64,000 bases of DNA from Massalongia carnosa (taxonomy: Eukaryota): positions 1,674,001-1,738,000 of the forward strand of contig OZ287069.1 in NCBI GenBank assembly GCA_965645245.1, written 5' to 3'. The position numbers and the translations under genes are program-made. The notes under the pieces were generated by a model. It did no database searches and was not told the DNA's origin. It saw nothing but the letters and a program-made list of their open reading frames with translations. Positions 14,279 to 28,160 of this stretch are shown here, one piece after another; position 1 is the stretch's first letter, and each line of letters starts with the position of its first letter.

Positions 14279-16052
14279 ATGGATGACGAGGCAGTCGCTC
14301 AGTTTGTGTCATTCACAAGCTCGACGCCGGATCGCGCTGTCCAGTACCTTCGACTGACAGACGGGGATGTTCAGCAAGCTATCGATCTCTTCTTTGTCAA
14401 CGATGGAAACGATCCTTCTGGCTCGACATCATCCGCACAACCTTCATCTTCACAGCCTCAACCTCTTCCTTCACCTCGAACTCGACCGCCCAGGCACCAT
14501 AGAGGTTACGAAGATGAACATGGCATTGTCCACTTGGACTCCGATCCGGAGGATTCTGATGACAGCAAACCGGAGATTACAGGATCCAGCTCGAGGCGAG
14601 GGGTGGTGGCAGGCAGCTCGAGATCAGCAATACACACACCATCCAGTATGACGCCCCCTACTGGTCGAGCTTCAGCTGTGATGGACGATGATGAAGCAAT
14701 GGCAAGGAGGCTACAAGAAGAATTCTATGCGGGAGCAGGGATCGGGGCAGAGGTAGATCCTGGAGGAATAAGAGCTCCAATAGGTCGCACCACAGAGACG
14801 CTAGTTGGTCCTGGCTCATTCAATGTGAACAACCCAGATCAGATGCAGGCGGCGGTTATGGAGCAGCTGCGTAACAGGCAGCAGCCTAGGCGTCGAGGTG
14901 TGTAGCTGACCAAGTGATTTTATTTCAACCCTTGCTAACTTTATGATAGAACGTCCAGGAATTTTTAATCAGGCAACTACGAGCTCGATATGGAGTAACG
15001 CCGACGCTGATCCCAGCACCCGTCGCACTCAACTCGCGCAGGCCACGGCAGGGAAATCAGAAGTATCTTCGAAGTCCAATCTCCTCGCTGAAATGTTTCG
15101 ACCTCCACACGAGATAATGTCACGGCTGCCCTGGGATGATGCTCGAGAACAAGGAAGAGATAAGGAAAAATGGATTCTAGTTAACATCCAAGATGCCGGG
15201 ATTTTTGATTGCCAAGTCCTGAACCGAGATATTTGGAAAAATCCTGGAGTCATGGAGACTGTGAGGGAAAATTTTATTTTCATGCAATACAGTAAGGATG
15301 ACCCCCGAGGGAACCAGTACATTCAGTACTACTTTCAAAACCGTGATAGCCAAGATGCATACCCCCACATTGCCATTGTCGATCCAAGAACAGGAGAGCA
15401 GGTTAAGGTTTGGTCCGGTATGCCTGCACCAAAAGCACCAGATTTCCTCATGCAGCTTCATGAGTTTCTAGACCGGTACAGTCTGAACGCAACGGCAAAG
15501 AATCCTGTGGCTAAGCGAAAAGCTGAAGCGAAGAAGGAGACGCAAGTGGAGAAAATGACCGAGGAGCAGATGCTGGAGATGGCCTTACAAAACAGCCTGG
15601 TGGGAACCGAAGCATCACGAGATGTAGATCCAGACGACTTGACTCGCAGTGTCGGAAACATCGGCCATAGCAGAACGACTGTTGAAAGAGATACTATAAT
15701 GTCCGATGGCGGGGAATGGGCACCTGTCAATGGATCTTCCACAGCAACGCCTCCTTCACCATACGCTCTCATATCATCCATGCATCCTCATTTCGAACCG
15801 GCCCCTGATGCCACCTTGACAACAAGAATTCAGTTTCGTCATCCGACCGGTAGAGTAGTAAGGAGATTTGCACTTTCGGATCCGGTTAGGAGGATCTACG
15901 AGTGGTTGAAGGCTAGCCCATTGGAGGGAAAAGAAGGGGTAGAGTTTGAGTTGATATTCTTACAGAGGAATCTGCTGGCTGCATTGAACGATACCATTGA
16001 ACAGGCAGGTATCAAGAATGGTACGGTTATGGTGGAGTTTCTGGAAGGTTAA
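14279..16052 (+). CDS. UBX5: UBX domain Cdc48 adaptor (UBA-like, UAS, UIM, UBX; Ubx5/UBXN7-like)
   Basis: N-terminal UBA-like segment, UAS domain (WILVNIQD..FDCQVLNRDIW), UIM-like TEEQMLEMALQNSL, C-terminal UBX (TRIQFRHPTGRVVRRF). One intron at about 14898-14949. Confidence 0.88.
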
Positions 16053-16545
16053 TGCAAGGAGCGAAGCGCATAGATACCTATTACGACACCATTTATGTCC
16101 TCAAGGAAGGGGCGAAATCATGGATAGAGGCTTCTCACTCTAGCCAAGGAATTCTTGTGCATTGAGCCTTGGTAGCCATTTCGCTACATTATCTTTTACA
16201 TAACCCGTCAGAGCATGTATCGTCCAGCGTCTGCATTTCAAACCGATTACAAAGATCTTACCCTGTAACAGTAGAATCCTGTTATATTTAAACTGATCTG
16301 CTGTGGAATAGGTATCTTTGCCTATGTTAGAATATTTGGAACTGTAAAGTTGAATTAGGCTTATGTTCGCTCAGCAGTTTTTCTACATTCTTATCTAATG
16401 AGAGCTACCTGCTTATCTTATCTTAGGTGATCAAGTCACGAGAAGGGGTTTCTAGATTAGATTGACTTCTAAACTGGTATAAAGTGAAAGTCGCTAAATA
16501 GCATCAATTTTTTAAAAGACAGTCTTGTTTGCTCACTAGAACGCA

Positions 16546-18402
16546 ATGGCCGATACTTCGCCCCAACGGCCTTCACCCTTCCGTATCGGCAGCCTTCGAA
16601 ACTTCCTCCCACTTTCTGACGACACAGTATCTACTCGAGGCCAAAGGCTTCCGTCAATCATTCGAGAAAGATCTACGGCTAGTGTTAGTGATTTTCGCGC
16701 GCAAAGGGTGCATAGGCGTCAGTCTTCTTTCATCAATGGGAGCGACGGCGAGCAAGATATTGAAAGAGATGCTGGAGGGCGGGGCAGGGAGAGAGGGAGG
16801 GATGAATCTGGGGAAGCGCAGAGGAGGATGAGCAACGGATCTCTTATGTTGCTGACACCGCAAATGAGAAGTATGCGGCTAATAGGAAATAATAATCCAA
16901 GGTATCGATGGTTTGTCTTGCCTGCGAGAACGGAAAATAGCAAGCTTTCGACGGCGTTAACAATGGTATGGTTAGGGAGCAGTATTACAGGAAGGACGAG
17001 GAACTGAAGAAGATGAAAAAGCCAATGTACAGATATCTAGCATCCAACGTGGTTACATATAGCTACTGATGCGATAGTTTTGACCAAAGACGACAGTACT
17101 ACGAGCGCAACAATTTCCTTATCTCATCATACCTATATATTGATCGACTTCTAGATTCGTCTCTCCCCCACAACCTGATTCAAGAGTACAACCATACCGC
17201 TTCAGACATGCATATCCCACACACCATCTCAGAGGAGCCAGCATCTCCGCCTTCAGATGAATGGGATTTCTCGGGAAACCCAATTGACCAACCTCAGGAC
17301 AACGGCCACACCCCAATAGTAAGGGTTAAACGCACGCCGCAAGCGCTATACAAAGTGCCAAATGAAAATGAACCCTTGCTTGGAGCTGAAGCCGAAGACG
17401 GGACCAAAGCATTCAAATTCGAACGATCTGAATCCCAAGACGAAGAGAGTGGTAGTCGTATCGTTACTGTGGCAATTTACATCAACCTCGCCGCAAACAC
17501 GGTTCTACTCGCTGGCAAGATCGCCGTCATAGTTCTTACGAGCTCCCTCTCCGTCCTCGCCTCCCTCGTTGATGCGGCCCTTGACTTTCTCAGTACTGCC
17601 ATCGTCTGGACCACCACCAGGTAGTTTATCCCTTATTTTAATCCAGCCTCCCCGTCCACCCGCTAAAACCGATTTCTACAGACTCATCTCCCGGCAAGAT
17701 CGATACTTCTACCCCGTTGGCCGGCGACGTCTCGAGCCGATTGGTGTCCTCGTCTTCTCCGTCATAATTATCACCTCCTTTTTTCAAGTCTCGCTCGAAT
17801 GCTTCAACCGACTTACCTCGGCCAATCACTCGATTGTACACCTGGGTCTCCCCGCAATTCTCATCATGGCCAGCACCGTGCTAATAAAGCTATTCTGCTG
17901 GCTCTGGTGCCGCTTCATCCCTAACTCGAGCGTGCAAGCCCTCGCCCAAGACGCCCTTACTGACGTCATCTTCAATACTTTCAGCATCATCTTCCCCCTT
18001 CTCGGCTACTATAGTTCCATCTGGTGGCTCGACGCCCTCGGCGGCCTGCTTCTCTCCCTCTACGTCATGGGGAACTGGTCCCGTACCACCACCACCCACA
18101 TCCGCCATCTCACCGGCGCCGCAGCCTCCGTCACTGACCGTAACATCCTTCTCTACCTCACAATGCGCTTTGCCAGCACCATCCAGAAGATTCAGGGCTT
18201 GGAGGCGTATCATGCGGGCGACAAGCTGAACGTCGAGGTCGATGTGGTTTTGGATGAGAACATGAGTCTACGCGACAGTCACGATCTGGGCGAGAGCTTG
18301 CAGTACGTACTGGAGAGCGTGCCGAACGTCGATCGTGCCTTTGTGCATTTGGATTACGCTGGGTGGAATCTGCCGAGTCATATGCAGCAGCAGGGTGAGT
18401 AG
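16546..18402 (+). CDS. Cation diffusion facilitator (Mn-CDF/MTP8-like) transporter, 3 introns
   Basis: SLVDAALD in TM2, YPVGRRRLEP, QDALTD in TM5, C-terminal dimerisation domain (SHDLGESLQ..VDRAFVHLDY). The DxxxD sites are typical of Mn-CDFs. Confidence 0.9.
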
Positions 18403-20571
18403 GGGTATGTACAGATAGTTATATATATCTTGGATATGTTTTCCAGACCATCAGTGGGATAATTTCTGGAGGGGGCTCCTATGTATGGGGCTAAGTTATT
18501 ATCCATGCAATCAGATTTCCAGACTTGAATAACTAAGATTACTGGTTTCTTGTTTGTAGAAACATGTGTATATATATTATAACCCACGTGGCCCAAGGCT
18601 CGTCACTGTTCAGCCCAAACAGCGTCCCTTTCGTAACTCATCATCTCCCTTCCTCCAATGCATCCTTCCCGTTCGTTCCAGGAGCAGTCCTGATGGGAGA
18701 AGTCGATAGGTGATTTGTTTTTTCTCGAGGGCTAAATCACCCCCCTCCTTCACCATCTCGTCAGATGTGGATGCAGATGTGGATGTGTAGGGGTGGTTTT
18801 TTAGGCGGTGTCAAACGCGGCGTTTTTTGTATTTTTTGGCGTGGTAGCCTTTTGTCTTTGCGAAGATGAAGAAATTGATCTTTAACATACTCTACGGCGA
18901 TGATATGTGATTTATAGGTCGCTCACACGAAAGGAGTTTATGGCTGGTAGCAAGGAAAAATCCGGGCAATGACGTGGAGAATTTAATGGATGGCTTTCAG
19001 TTTACAGGTAACTAAAATGTATCGAATCATACAGATCCGCCCTTTATAACGGTAATGTGATATTTGCATGATTATGAGAAGAACCAAATTCTTGGGGGGT
19101 TCCATCGCGGCGTCCTCGTCTAGTTTGCCTCGCCTTGGAAAACATTGTGAAAGAAATCTTATATTTTTAGAAAAAATCGGCTGATCATTTCATCATTCCA
19201 GTCATGCTCTCGTGAAATAGCTAGTGATGATGCCTTTCTGCTTATTCCAAGCGTCCCATATACTTACTTAGCGTGATCTTGAGCTTTTCATGGTTGATTC
19301 TGCATCACCAACTTGACCACGACCTATTTTCTGCTCGATCGCAGTTAAGATAGAACCTGATCGGCAGATGGAGCTTGATACTTTTGAGCTCTGCTTTTTT
19401 TATATATCTCAGTCCTGATACATTATATATGCTGTGGCTGCCACTAGAGGGCTGGAAACAGGGGGAACGTATAAAAGGGGGCATCGAGCTTGATTGATTC
19501 CATCGAGGACTCATGACACGATCGTGCATCCCTAGCTCAGGAATATTCAAAGCGAATGATCATGTTAAGCAGAAAAGTGAATGATGATCTTCGATTCTCG
19601 GCTAAGGACATGAGACTTGTTTGAACCAGCCGTGTCATCAGAAGACTGTTATAAATGAGATATTTCGTCTGGGGAGGCAAAAGGAGTAACTAGTAGAAGG
19701 CAGTCCGTTTTCTCAGGAACAAATATCTTGGATCGTATGTGAAGGGTTATCAACAGCGGCATGAACCACAGGGGCATATCTTCGTCCAAATTGCAACGCA
19801 ATCTCCTAAGTTGGATGATGTACTCGGAGTAGTTGGCTATAATGGCATTCTCCATATGAGTCTCACAGCTTAGGTTTGATCCCATGAATTCAAGAGGAAG
19901 TCTAAAATAAAGGGTTTGGTATGATGCCGTTGGCCAAAATCTTATTCCCTTCGTCGTATGCTATCATGCTCCCACGAGATGCCGCAAGAGAAGCATGTTC
20001 ACGAAGGGGAGATATATTCCACCCAGCCTGGCTTTATTCGTAACTTTTGCCATATATACACGAGCCGTGATTCTTCGTCAGATCACCTTGATAAAATTTT
20101 ATGATAAGCTATATAGATACCCGTCCTATTTCATTCGTGACTCTTCTGTGTCATTCCAGGCACAATATCATGCCGTTCTTTAAAAGCTCTAGCTCCTCCT
20201 TGGAAGTTTGTAACTCAATCACTCCGCATTGATTACCAGCTTCTGTAGCTTGCAAGCTGTCTTGGTGCTTTGGATTCGCCGGACGTTGCTTTAAGAGGAG
20301 ATAGCGCACAAAACTTCTCGCACGTTCAAAAGTTGTTGAAGGAGGTCAGCGTGCGAGATTAACCCAGTGATAAAACTCTCGCGGATCAACCAAGGTATTT
20401 TTGACTTTGAGTGATATGGTTCACTTACATGACCTTGATTGATCTTAGGAAATGGCCTTGCAGGTTTCCTTTCTCTGCAACACACGAAGAAAACAGGTTT
20501 CCTTCTCAATCGCAGCGAGAATGGAGCAAGCAAGGGATTAACCTAGCGATCACGGCACCCAGAACGAAAGT

Positions 20572-21885
20572 TCAGGTAACCCGTACTGCTCTACCAACGC
20601 TACCAGTTTCAAATACTTCTACCAGGCCTGCGCCGAGACACTCCGCTAGAACCCATTCAAAATTCAGGCCGAAGTATTGCTTCCATTTCCGGGTGCGGCC
20701 AGGCAAAACCCCCGTGAACTCACCACGATATTTCTTTGCTTTAGTAGCAGGATCATCACCTGCAATTCCACCATCCCAACGTTCGCGAAGAAGAGAGACT
20801 GGGAGCTCGCGATATTTTGTCTTAAGCAGAACAGACATCAGATGACTTCGAGCGGCACTTAGGAGCTTGAGGTAAGGACCTGTATTCGGCAGCGCCAGAA
20901 GCAACTCTTGGGTTTTCTCCATATGACATGACGGTTTTACTTCCAATAGGTCTTCACCTTGAGAATTGTGGCGACGTATTAGTCCGTCCTTTCCAGTGTT
21001 GCCCGCCCCATGTGTAGCACCATCTCCACCAACAGCTGCTACTGATCCAGATGCTGCCCTGGATATATGGAACATGGACGTCAGAGTTCCCGAAGACGCC
21101 GTATTAGGACAAGAAAACACATTAGATGAATTCAAAGAAGGCGAAGCGAAGGTCAAGAATCCTGCTCGCATCAGCGCAGTGCATTCCGAATTTGAAAGAA
21201 GCGTCCGAGATAACTTTAGGGCCGTAGGATAGGTTTTGAGCAGCTGCCAGAATTTATCTTACAAACGTAAAGTTAGATTGAAGCCATGCATGCCTAGATT
21301 TAGCATACCTTTCACATCTTGCTCTAGTCCATAAAATTCTTTCAAGAGATTTTCCAGATCCGTTTGGAGAATGAGTCCATCGCTGATACTTGATGCACCA
21401 GTTCCTCGTCCAGGTACTACAACCCTCCTAATGACGCCAGCCTTAGTAAGCTCCGCAATCTCGCGCTCTGTGGCTGTTGGGAACCCGATTAGGGCATGCA
21501 GATGGGCCATTGTGACTAGTGGGGGTAGAGATTTACGAATATTAAGGATTTCTGCTATTCGTACGCTGTTGAAACCCCCTCCTTCGGGAATGTTATCGAA
21601 CATTTGTGCGCGTATGTAACGTAAGCTCTGAGGCACGTCCCGGAGCGACAGATCTGTTGTCAAGCAAGTTATGAGACGTTTCTGCTGCAGACGGTTCTCG
21701 AAAAACTCGTCGTCATTATCATCATCATCATCGATATCTTTCGGCGCTGACTTTGATCGCTGGATGGGTTTCCTCCGAAGCATGCTATTAAAATGCGAAG
21801 ATGAAGAACGTTTAAGTAGGGGATTTCCATCTCTAGCTCGTTTTGTGATTCGAGAGGAATGAGCAGCAGAAAAATTGAAAGGCAT
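20572..21885 (-). CDS. STK19-like winged-helix protein, 1 intron
   Basis: PTATEREIAELTKAGVIRRVVVP and C-terminal GLNFEWVLAECLGAGLVEVFETGSVG resemble the fungal Stk19 family. Intron at about 21259-21308. Confidence 0.75.
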
Positions 21886-22405
21886 CTTCAAGTTCAGATA
21901 TGAGAATGCAGGTGGATCAAAGGGGGCAAGTATAGCTGAAACTTCGTCGAAATGGCACCTTCACTTCGGAGTCAAAGGTGACTCACTCTCACAGACAGTG
22001 CTAGGCCTGACATGAAGCAGGTGGTTTCCTCTGAGTTGATACCAAACATAAATACAATACGACAAAAATGCAATGAACAAAGCGCACGAAAAAAGAACCA
22101 AGAAAGAACAATGAAAAGGGTGCAAATCCAAGGCCATTTTCTTCAGTCGAAAGAAGCTGTAGCTAGAGTACGAATACGAGTCTTACTTACGTCATGCTAT
22201 GCTAAAACCCAAAGCTTCCCCGCGATGTCTTTACTGCTCCTTCATCAGTCTTTTTCTGTCCATTGCAATCAGCGGACTGAGGATGAAAGGCAGGAATTGG
22301 ACATACTTAATCAATACTAACGGATTTTTGCATCAAGTATCTATCAAGCCGTCGTAGCAATCTATTTCACCCTCCAAACATCGAAGTCGTCGAGCTATCG
22401 ATACA

Positions 22406-23853
22406 ATGGCAACCGCAGTCCTAAATGCTGAGCCTTCGCTACTAGAGGATCATGAGATTAATCATTTGCCCCCTAAATCATACCTCGATGTGACACAAGA
22501 AAACACGAATTTGCACTCTGGAAAAGATCAACCCCCCCCAGTGCAGTACACTGGTCATGGAGAGGACGACGCGCCACGAAGCCCGAGAAAGAAGACACAT
22601 AAGAAGAATGCCTCAGTTCGCATGAATGGACACCCATCTCTAAACCGGAAAGACACTTCTCGTCTCGTCATTGAGCACTTCCGTGACAAGGACGGCGATC
22701 ACTTGACGACGTTGAAGCGGAATGACACTGAGCTCGTCAGTGGAAGGAGAGCCGGGGCTGGCTGGGAAAGAAGCCAGTACGATTCCTCATAACAATTGAA
22801 TTTTAGAGCGCTGACTAAAATCTACGCATCCTATCCAGCATTCGGTTCGCTCCTCTATCAATCCCGATCAAACGCCGGCTGCAAACCCTTCTCGTCCTAG
22901 CCCACACCCTCAGTGTTGCCGGTCTCCTTACAATCTTCTTCTTCCTTTGCGCTATTCCCCTCTTTTGGCCCATCCTCGTCCCTTACCTGCTCTACGTCAA
23001 CATATCTCCAGCACCCCACACAGGTACCCTCTCTCGCCGCTCCCCCTTCCTCCGATCCCTAAAGATATGGTCCCTCTTCGCCTCCTACTTTCCTGTCCGG
23101 CTTCATCGCTCCGCCGAGCTCCCACCAACCCGCAAGTACATCTTCGGTTATCATCCCCATGGGATCATCTCCCACGGTGCCTTCGCCGCGTTCGCTACCG
23201 AAGCTCTTGGCTTCTCTAAACTCTTCCCAGGCATTACAAACACCCTACTTACGCTTGAAACGAACTTTCGCATCCCTCTCTACCGCGACTATGCCCTTGC
23301 TATGGGATTAGCATCCGTTTCCCGCGAGTCTTGTGAGAACATCCTCTCCCGAGGTGGGCACAACAACGAGGGTATGGGTCGTGCCATCACAATCGTAGTC
23401 GGGGGCGCTCGCGAGTCGTTGGACGCCCAACCCCATACCCTTCGCCTTGTGCTCAAGCGCCGAAAGGGATTTGTTAAGCTAGCAATTCGATCCGGCGCCG
23501 ATCTCGTGCCCGTCCTTGCCTTTGGTGAGAACGAGCTGTACGACCAGGTGCAGTCGGATCAGCACCCACTCATTCATAAGATGCAGCTTGTTGTGAAGAA
23601 ATTTGTAGGCTTCACGGTGCCACTGTTTCACGCCCGGGGCGTTTTCAACTATGACATCGGCATAATGCCCTACAGGCGGCCGTTGAACGTGGTCGTGGGG
23701 CGGCCGATCAAGGTCGTGCAAAACGGGAAGCCGGACGAGGCCTACGTGGACGAGATCCATGCGCTGTATGTGAGCGAGCTGGAGCGTATTTGGGAGGAGT
23801 GGAGGGATACCTTTGCCATGGAACGGACATCGGAGTTGGAGATTGTCGACTGA
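22406..23853 (+). CDS. DGA1: Diacylglycerol O-acyltransferase DGAT2
   Basis: YFP, GYHPHG, VVGGARE, RKGFVKLA and PVLAFGENE motifs. Intron at about 22776-22839. Confidence 0.93.
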
Positions 23854-24366
23854 GATAGCAGGGTCATGGGTTCTATATTATTTTCCAGGTTCTTTCTAGG
23901 CGGTTAGGGATACGGATAGTTTTTGAAAAGGGGCTTTAGGACTAGGAAAGGGGTGGATAGAGGCGGGAAAGGTGCTATTGGGATTCCTCGGACGTTGTCC
24001 AGTGGTGTTTTCTTTGGGGGGCAACGGGATGGGCACATACAGTATAAGAGTTTGGAGCGTTGGTTACAAGTCATCTCCGACGTAGTAAGGTAGGCTTCCA
24101 CACAGCCTACCAATATCTACCATTTCTCCTTGTAAAATGCATTCCATCCCATTCTCGAAGAGGAAAGAAAGACATGCTTAACACCAAACGTGCTCGCTCG
24201 AGTAACGTTACCAAAGGAATAGAGACTGGAGAGCCGCCGACGCTGTAGTCGCCAAAGGTTGACATCCATCGCCCTTCATCCCATAGGGAAAACCAAGATT
24301 AGGCCGGCAATTCCAAAACGAGGAAATCACCCCGATAGCCTCCACTCCGCTCCGTCTCTCACTCTC

Positions 24367-27300
24367 TCACCGGCCATACTCCAAACTTGGCACAATGACC
24401 GGCCCGTATTTAGTCACCCCGCCGTGCGCGCCTTCGGCTTGCACCAAAAAGTCGACCGCAAGACTCAGCTTCCCGCCGCCAACGGCCATGTCCGTGCGGC
24501 CGTAGGTGCCCTGCACGATCTCCGGATCGTAGGCGACGACAGCGACGTAGTTGCGGCGAGCCATGAGCTTCTTGGCCTCGCGCGGGCGGCCGTCGGCCTC
24601 CTGCGTGAAGATCTCCATCATGTCTTCCTTAGTATCGGAAGGGGCATGGGTGCTGCGGTGGCCGTTGGTGGGGATGTAGAGCGGCTTATTGTTGTGTAGC
24701 AGCTTGAGCACGTACGACGGCGGCGGGGTGTTGACCACCGAGGCTGAGATGAGCTGATACATCGTCTTGTGGTCGGACGGCTTGGCCGGGTCGTGCACCA
24801 AGCCGGCGCCGCAGCAGTCGACGGCCCCGCTAAGGAAGGTCATGCGGATAGATTTTTGGTGGGAGATGCTTTGGAGGGTACGGATTAGGTAGGTGCGCTC
24901 AAGGTCCTAGCGAGGGAACGGGTCAGATGTGATTTCTTCCCTTCCTTTTAGGAGATTTGGTGAGGGTATTAGAAAGGAAAGGCTTACTTTGGATTCGTGA
25001 GTCCATTGGTCGCGGAACTCGTCCAGCATATCAATGTCGCCGAAAGGGTTTAGAATCCCGCCCATGAGACCAGATTTCCCAACAGCTTTCTTGACAGAGT
25101 CAAACCCGGATCCAACGACTGCTTTAGCACCGACTACCCCGGCCACTGAACTAGTGACTTTTCCTAACAGGTTGTAGGTTCCCGTCACGGCCTTTTTGCC
25201 CGTGGCCACCGTATGTGCGATCTGCTCCGCCTGTTCCAGCCTTGGGTAAATCACTGGCACGGCAATCATCCAGATGCAATGCTGGACGCTGGATGGCAGC
25301 ATGACAATTTTAGGAAACAGCCCTTGGTAGGTGGGTCCGGCCATTACCTGGTGGGAATTTCTCTCGGAGCGGGTATCGGGGCCTACTACCACAACCGCAG
25401 GGCCTAGGTACTTGACAAAATGCCAGCCGGTGCCGGTGATGGTGAAAATATCGGTATCGGTGTTGACATTTCGGAGAATCTCCAGGGTGGTATGGTGCTG
25501 GAATAGGAGATACATTTCTATACCGATTCGCCCGATGTTCTTGAACATATTAGAAAACTGCATATACTCCGGATAAGATCCGAATCCATCAAAGCTATCC
25601 CTGTTAGACACAACTCTTCCAACATGAATTCTTCGTCTTGAGCCACTTACATGTCATGATCATCAATCTGCAAGATATGTGGGATTTGAGCGAACGCTTC
25701 CCGTAGATAAGGCTGGTCGAAATGACTGGTATAGTAATGGAAATACGCATGAGATACATCCTCTTCGTGCTTAGCCATCCACTGTGCATTCTTCCTATTC
25801 TCTTTGCCGCTTGTCGCAAGCCATTGCTTTAGCAAAGGAATCTCTTTCCATATCCTATCCGCATATATTTGATTACCCAGCCCAAGCTGGGTGTGAAATC
25901 CTCCAAACTCAACATGCTTTTGCATTATATCTTTCCACATGTAACCTATTCCTCCTACACGGGAACGCTCGTTCGCATTTACATTTAAAGAAAAATCATT
26001 TCCTGAAGTTGCAATAAACCGCCAATTGGTTTCATAGCGACCAGCGACCAAGAACTCATATCTCGTGCAGCCAAGATGTGAGGTAATGGCATAGGTCCAT
26101 TTTGCACCAGCTTCAACCTCCATTTGAAGATCAATATCATAGCGGTAGAACGTCCAGCGTTGGTGAACAGAAATGGGGTTAGCCTTCAGTTGACGTGGAT
26201 TGGGAGAAAGGTCAATGCTTTGATGAATATGTATAGTTGGAGGCTGTGGAGCATCTGTCACTAGCAATATGGATCCCAGCCAGAGACCTCTTTGTATGTC
26301 CATGTTAGTGTACCTTAAATAGGGACCAAAGTACACGCCGTTTGTGGGCGCAATTTTATATTGCTCCACGCCGCTTGTAGGAGGTGGGCCAGTGAAACCT
26401 ACTACAGTCGGAGTTGACAACTGCATGCTGAAGTGGCTTTCATTGAACCCTGGAGTAGAAGGTTGAAAACCTGGCGACGCTAGAGGCTTGCCGCCGAAAG
26501 CACTCAGACCCGGGGAAGCCAATGGATTGTTACCGTAGACACTCACAGTCGGAGACAAGGGTTCGTTAAGATTCAGCGGTGTTGGGCCCTTGGGAAACTC
26601 CCACTGGGTCGATTGGGTTGGTATATGAATGTAATAGTATTGGCCCGAGTTTTGGTCGAGATGAGCAATCCAGCCTTCTGGTAATGGAGGAGGAGATGCT
26701 GGCCCAGTGTTTGTAGGCCCTGATGAAGCCTTTGCAAATTGCTGAGTGGTTACTTGAGCGCTTGCTAGTCCGGGTTGTGGTGAAAATCCATTTTGCTGCC
26801 TTGAATCATTTGCGAACGCTGGATGAACATGATTCGAAACATCTGTTGGTATTGAAGGTCCGGTAGGTGCTGCGGTATTTGCGCCAGCACCTCCAGCAAA
26901 AACTCCATGGCTACTCTTTTCGTTGGGATAACCGTGTGCCCCAGTCGACGTGGAACCAGACGGAGAATAGGCAGGCGGCGGTGATGCAGTGACTTGCATT
27001 CGCTGGAAATCTTGTTCAATTGCTGTCGGTGCTGCACTCCTACCAGGCTGGCTGGACGGTGAGCTTAATCTGCCCTGAGGTGTTGGCGCTTGCACAGGCG
27101 GCGACCTTAAAGCCTCCCCCGGACCTTGATAGATTGTTGGCGGTCCATGAGGTTGACTGCCTGGTTGCTCTGTGGGCGTCCAGGGTCTCCGGGGTGGATC
27201 CTGCTGATGTGGTAATGACGAAGGTTGTGGTCTCACGGGCTGTTGAGCATACTGGTTTGCCCTATGTGTAGCAGCAGCATTTTGAGCTTGCAAGCTTGTC

Positions 27301-28160
27301 AACGTGGATGTGCCTGCGATTCCAGCCGCTGCATATCGCGCCTCTATACCGCCTCCAGGCTGTTCTCCAGGAGCTACTATGGGTGTTTCTGGTGGTGGCG
27401 GGGATCCACGCTGCGCTCTCGTTGTGGAGGTTGAAGCTGTAGAGCTTAATCTGTTTATAGACCCAGGGTTCTGGACATTTAAACTTGCTGGAGTTGCCGG
27501 GTTGCCGGACGAGGGCCCTCCAGGCGGAGGCCAGTACTGTTGATAATACTCAGGGTATGGGCTACTTTCTGCTTGGGATGGTCGTGTAACATCCGACGGT
27601 GTCGTTGCCGGTGGTCCCTCTCGCCGAGGTAGTTTTTGAAAAAGCCCTTCTTTATCAGGTGCTTCCGGGCCAGGTGAGTCTGGCAACGGTTTCGGTATGT
27701 TTCCTCGTCGCTCCGCCAGCCTTGATGTTCCTTGGTTCAATTGCCCATCACGTCCATCCTTCGGGCGCAAGGCAGAGGGATACTCTGGTATATTGGATCG
27801 GCCCTGATCCGCTGATGCTGTACGTGGAATCTGCGAGGCATTATATGCCGGTGAAACCTGTCCCTGTTCAGGCCCAGCTGTGCGATCCGATGTTATTACC
27901 TGCCCGCTCCGTCCATTCGTGGTACGTTTTTGGGGACGTGGACGCTCATCAGGATAAGGCAGTGGGGCAGGGGAGCTCGATGCGCCAGGTGGAAGAGGGA
28001 ATGCGGATGCTTGCGCGAAGCCGGATCGCTGTTCCAGCTCAGGAGAATGGGACTCTCGTTTGTTGATGCGCAGAGGCTCGACTGTTGGTGAATCGGCACT
28101 CAATGGTCGATTGAGAAACAGTTCTTCTTCGGGTTTCCCGTGTCGACCACCAGCGCTCAT
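24367..28160 (-). CDS. so: SOFT/PRO40 cell-fusion scaffold (Pro/Gln-rich region, WW domain, PhoD-like domain), 2 introns, about 1,230 aa
   Basis: Low-complexity N-terminus, WW domain LPEGWIAHLDQNSGQYYYIHIPTQSTQWEFP, then a PhoD-like fold (FGPYLRY, QIYAD, DDHD|IFDGFGSY). Architecture and size match SO/HAM-1/PRO40. Confidence 0.85.
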
